A stretch of 63,403 nt of DNA, counting the filler, from Globobulimina sp. (taxonomy: Eukaryota), in assembly GCA_003354225.1 (NCBI GenBank). It is 20 parts of 20 records of this genome, joined end to end, with 100 filler letters (N's around TTAATTAATTAA, not from the genome) between each part and the next. Parts side by side here need not be neighbours in the genome. Positions count along the whole stretch, not along the records: positions 60,332 to 63,403 come from PIVH01003808.1; 19 more parts are not named here. The stretch is one strand, 5' to 3'. The notes beneath the pieces were generated by a model. The model was not told the DNA's origin. It did no database searches and saw only the letters and a program-made list of their open reading frames with translations. The stretch's first letter is position 1; each line of letters starts with the position of its first letter. The translations under genes and the position numbers were made by a program. Of this stretch, positions 63,164 through 63,403 are shown piece by piece.

Positions 63164-63403
63164 CGTTTTTGTTTATATTTGTGATTTGTGTGTGTGTTAT
63201 GTGTTTTTGCGTTTGTAATTTATTATGTATTACTTTTTTTGTTAATTTTTGTGTTTTCTTTCTATATTTTTTTTATGATTGTTGTTTGTTGTTTGTTGTG
63301 TAACGTGTGTTTGTTTATTATGGGTTATCTTTTTGTGTTATCTTTCTATTTTTTATTACTTTCGAATGTGTTATGTTCTTGCTGGAAAGAGAGTAATTTG
63401 TTT

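Noticed and set aside
1-63403. Alternative genetic code to explain split ORFs
   Set aside because: Most of the split genes are resolved by canonical GT-AG introns under the standard code, and none required stop-codon reassignment

Overview
This window is not one locus. It is 20 unrelated contigs of about 3.07-3.08 kb in descending length order, joined by artificial N-TTAATTAATTAA-N linkers: 1-3078, 3179-6256, 6357-9433, 9534-12610, 12711-15787, 15888-18963, 19064-22139, 22240-25315, 25416-28491, 28592-31667, 31768-34842, 34943-38017, 38118-41191, 41292-44365, 44466-47539, 47640-50712, 50813-53885, 53986-57058, 57159-60231, 60332-63403. Most contigs are AT-rich, gene-dense eukaryotic DNA with short GT-AG introns (mostly 53-82 nt), Asn-rich linkers and PT-repeat proteins, which suggests a protist, probably foraminiferan/rhizarian (inference). 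Recognisable genes include importin-5, TRRAP/Tra1, Rab1, GUF1/LepA, an acyl-protein thioesterase, MYND-SET, a KELP/PC4 protein, MFS transporters and F-box/LRR proteins. Several contigs contain junctions to bacterial DNA (livM, an RHS-like piece, a radical SAM gene) or an internal inversion, typical of whole-genome-amplification chimeras. Two contigs look nematode-like. Mobile elements are a BEL/Pao pol, an APE-RT LINE, a very divergent ~1000-aa hAT-like transposase, a Polinton/Maverick-like fragment next to spliced orphan genes, and small palindromic elements. The best leads are the Maverick-like contig with its 4-exon orphan gene, an LRR-SAP-like-2OG-Fe(II) dioxygenase fusion, and the divergent hAT-like transposase. 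All family calls come from motif recognition by eye; no searches were run.
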